Shown: positions 61,435-64,000 of the stretch, in pieces | How positions within the stretch are numbered: the first letter of the stretch is position 1 | Layout of the letters: every line of letters starts with the position of its first letter | Assembly (NCBI RefSeq): GCF_039654945.1 | Contig: NW_027361959.1 | Location: forward strand, 4,464,001-4,528,000 | DNA from: Dendrobates tinctorius | Lineage: Eukaryota | DNA length: 64,000 nucleotides | Reading direction: 5' to 3' | Position numbers and translations under genes: made by a program | The notes under the pieces: generated by a model | Databases searched by the model: none | What the model was told of the DNA's origin: nothing | Seen by the model: only the letters and a program-made list of their open reading frames with translations

Positions 61435-62550
61435 GTATGTTTGTGTGTGTTTTGAAGTGCTGAGAAGCAGTGAGTTTCTGTACATGTGGAATAAGTTTAA
61501 TACATGCACTGACCACTCTATGGCTTCAGCTGTCCAGAGCACCACTGCAAATAAACCCTGCAGTGGCAGTGGGGGTCCATGGCCACTGCCTGTGCAGTGT
61601 ACAAGGCACTCTTAGTGCTCATTCAGACTAGCAAATGAAACGTCTGGGTGCTGTCCATGTGAAAAACATACACCAAGCTCTGCATGTCAGTGGTAGTTCA
61701 TATTAATCGTTCACATGTTAAAAATCGCAGACTCCACTACTTTTAGGTGTTCAAAAAACAGGTCGGTTATCATTAGCATGTATGCAAATTGATTCTTCAG
61801 AGAGGACGATGACTTAAACTCTAGTGCCACCTTTTGGAAGTTGAGTTCTACTCTGAAGAGTCAATTTGCATATTTAATGTCCTAGAGGAGCATGCAAGGC
61901 CGCCCTCCCCTTGTTGCTGCAGCCAAAAAAAAATTACACTACAACAAAATGGCGCCGGAGGCAGCGCATGCGCAGTATCATTTATTGGTACGCGATAGAT
62001 TCTAATGCGCAGGTGCAACCGATGTTGCCATTTTGGCTACAGCAACTAGGAGCTGGCAGAGGCTCTTGCGCAGTAGCATCTAGCAGAACAAGATGGATGC
62101 TAATGCACAGGTGCAGCCAACAGCGCCATATCGATGGTGACTTTTTTTTCTTTTCAACAGAGCAATAAGGCTGTAGCGCCCACTAGCGTCAGTAAAGGGG
62201 AAGCTGAGACCCTGGAGAACATGATCAGGGCCAGTTTTTACAGCATCCTGTCACGTGATCGCCGTTATTCGCTGAATAACGGCAATCACAAAAAAAAGTC
62301 TGATTTACATTTAATTTCTCTCTCCTCTGATATGTTGTAGCATATCAGAGGAGAGACAAATGGGGTCCCCCAAGCTCCCCAATATCTTTGCTATCACTGG
62401 ATCCTCCTGCTCCATCCCCCGGGATCATCTTCTTGGAAAAAAATGGCGGGTACATGCACAGTGCGGCTGCCGAGATCTGCACCGCCGGTACACAACAATA
62501 ATAGGAAATTTTTCCTATAGATTCATTTTGATCACTGTGATAGACCCTAT

Positions 62551-64000
62551 AATAATAATAATCTTTATTTATATAGCGCCAACATATTCCGCAGCGCTTT
62601 ACAGTTTAACAGTTTCAAAACACAAGTCATAAGTAACAACGTTAACAATACAATAATTAAAGCAAAATAAGACGACCCTGCTCGTGAGAGCGTACAATCT
62701 ACAATGAGGTGAGGGAGATACAGAGTACAGGTGTGTATTTACAATGGTGTATTTACAATGAAGGTCCAGCCATCTTGCGAAAGTGAAGGATGGATGGAGA
62801 TAGTGAATGGGCTACACACGCACACTTACACAGAGAATGACTTTGATTAGTGAATGTGATAGGCCGCTCTGAACAGGTGTGTTTTGAGGGAGCGCCTAAA
62901 ACTATGCAAATTGTGGATAGTCCTGATTTCTTGGGGTAGAGCATTCCAGAGGATAGGAGCAGCACGGGAGAAGTCTTGGAGTCGGGAGTGGGAGGTACGG
63001 ATTAGTGCAGAGGTTAGTCGAAAGTTGTTTGCAGAGCGCAGCGATCGGCTAGGCCGATAGACAGAAATGAGAGAAGAGATGTAAGGGGGTGCCGCACTGT
63101 GGAGAGCTTTGTGGGTGAGAACAAGTACTTTGAATTGGATCCTATAATGAATGGGCAGCCAATGTAAGGACTGGCGAAGAGCGGACGCGTCCGAGTACCG
63201 ATTACCCAGATGGACGATCCTGGCCGCTGCATTAAGTATGGACTGGAGAGGGGATAGTCGAGTGACGGGGAGGCCAATTAATAGAGCGTTGCAGTAATCC
63301 AGGCGAGAGTGGATCAATGCAACAGTGAGGGTTTTTGTTGTTTCCATAGTGAGAAAAGGGCGGATTCTAGAGATGTTCTTTAGGTGTAAGCGGCAAGAGC
63401 GGGCAAGGAATTGTATATGGGATGTGAAGGAGAGATTGGTGTCAAACATAACACCCAGACAGCGCGCCTGCTGCTGGGGTGTTATTGTGGTACCACCCAC
63501 GGAGAGGGAAATGTCAGATTTAGGGAGGTTAGTAGACGGCGGGAGCAGAAGAAGTTCAGTTTTGGAGAGGTTGAGTTTCAGATAGAGAGCGGACATATTG
63601 GAGACTGCGGACAGACAGTCACTGGCGTTCTGTAGTACAGCGGGGGTAAGGTCGGGGGAAGACGTGTATAGTTGTGTGTCATCAGCATAAAGATGGTACT
63701 GAAAGGCAAATCTGCTGATGGTCTGTCCAATTGGGGCCGTGTAGAGAGAGAAAAGAAGGGGGCCAAGGACTGAGCCCTGAGGTACCCCGACAGCAAGAGG
63801 AAGAGATGACGTGGAGCCAGAGAACAAAACACTGAAGGAGCGGTCAGAGAGATAGGAAGAGAACCAGGAGAGTGCAGTGTCCTTAATGCCTAGTGACTGG
63901 AGCCTAGAGAGTAGGAGATGGTGGTCAACTGTATCGAAAGCTGCAGATAGGTCAAGAAGAATGAGCAGAGAGTGGTCACCGTTACGTTTTAACAGTGATC
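62551..64000 (-). mobile_element. L2 LINE 3' portion (RT) antisense in chchd1 intron 2, running off the window
   Basis: [33 protein letters not shown]; 3' tail AGCGCTGCGGAATATGTTGGCGCTATATAAATAAAG(ATT)n. Confidence 0.95.

Overview
Eukaryotic, vertebrate DNA, most likely an anuran amphibian (inferred from the repeat families and gene sequences). Two host genes lie on the + strand in the conserved order FUT11 then CHCHD1. fut11 (POFUT4) has 3 coding exons at ~12994-20773. chchd1 exons 1-2 are at 58648-61434, and exon 3 lies beyond the window. Most of the rest is transposable elements. At the left end a CR1 LINE is inserted into a DIRS tyrosine-recombinase retrotransposon, followed by decayed DIRS and Tc1/Passport-like copies. 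Two Penelope-type insertions form long inverted repeats around hammerhead-ribozyme motifs. A 23.9-kb hAT element (28192-52067, perfect 8-bp TSD) holds a four-level nest (hAT > L2 > Harbinger > MITE) plus a self-priming Sushi-like LTR element. A second, fully intact Harbinger (52926-57830) sits next to the chchd1 promoter. The most notable observation is that the nested Harbinger (30597-37787) carries THREE genes: transposase, the usual MADF-type partner, and an extra intact 4-exon Myb/SANT-like gene. All calls come from manual reading; no database searches were run.
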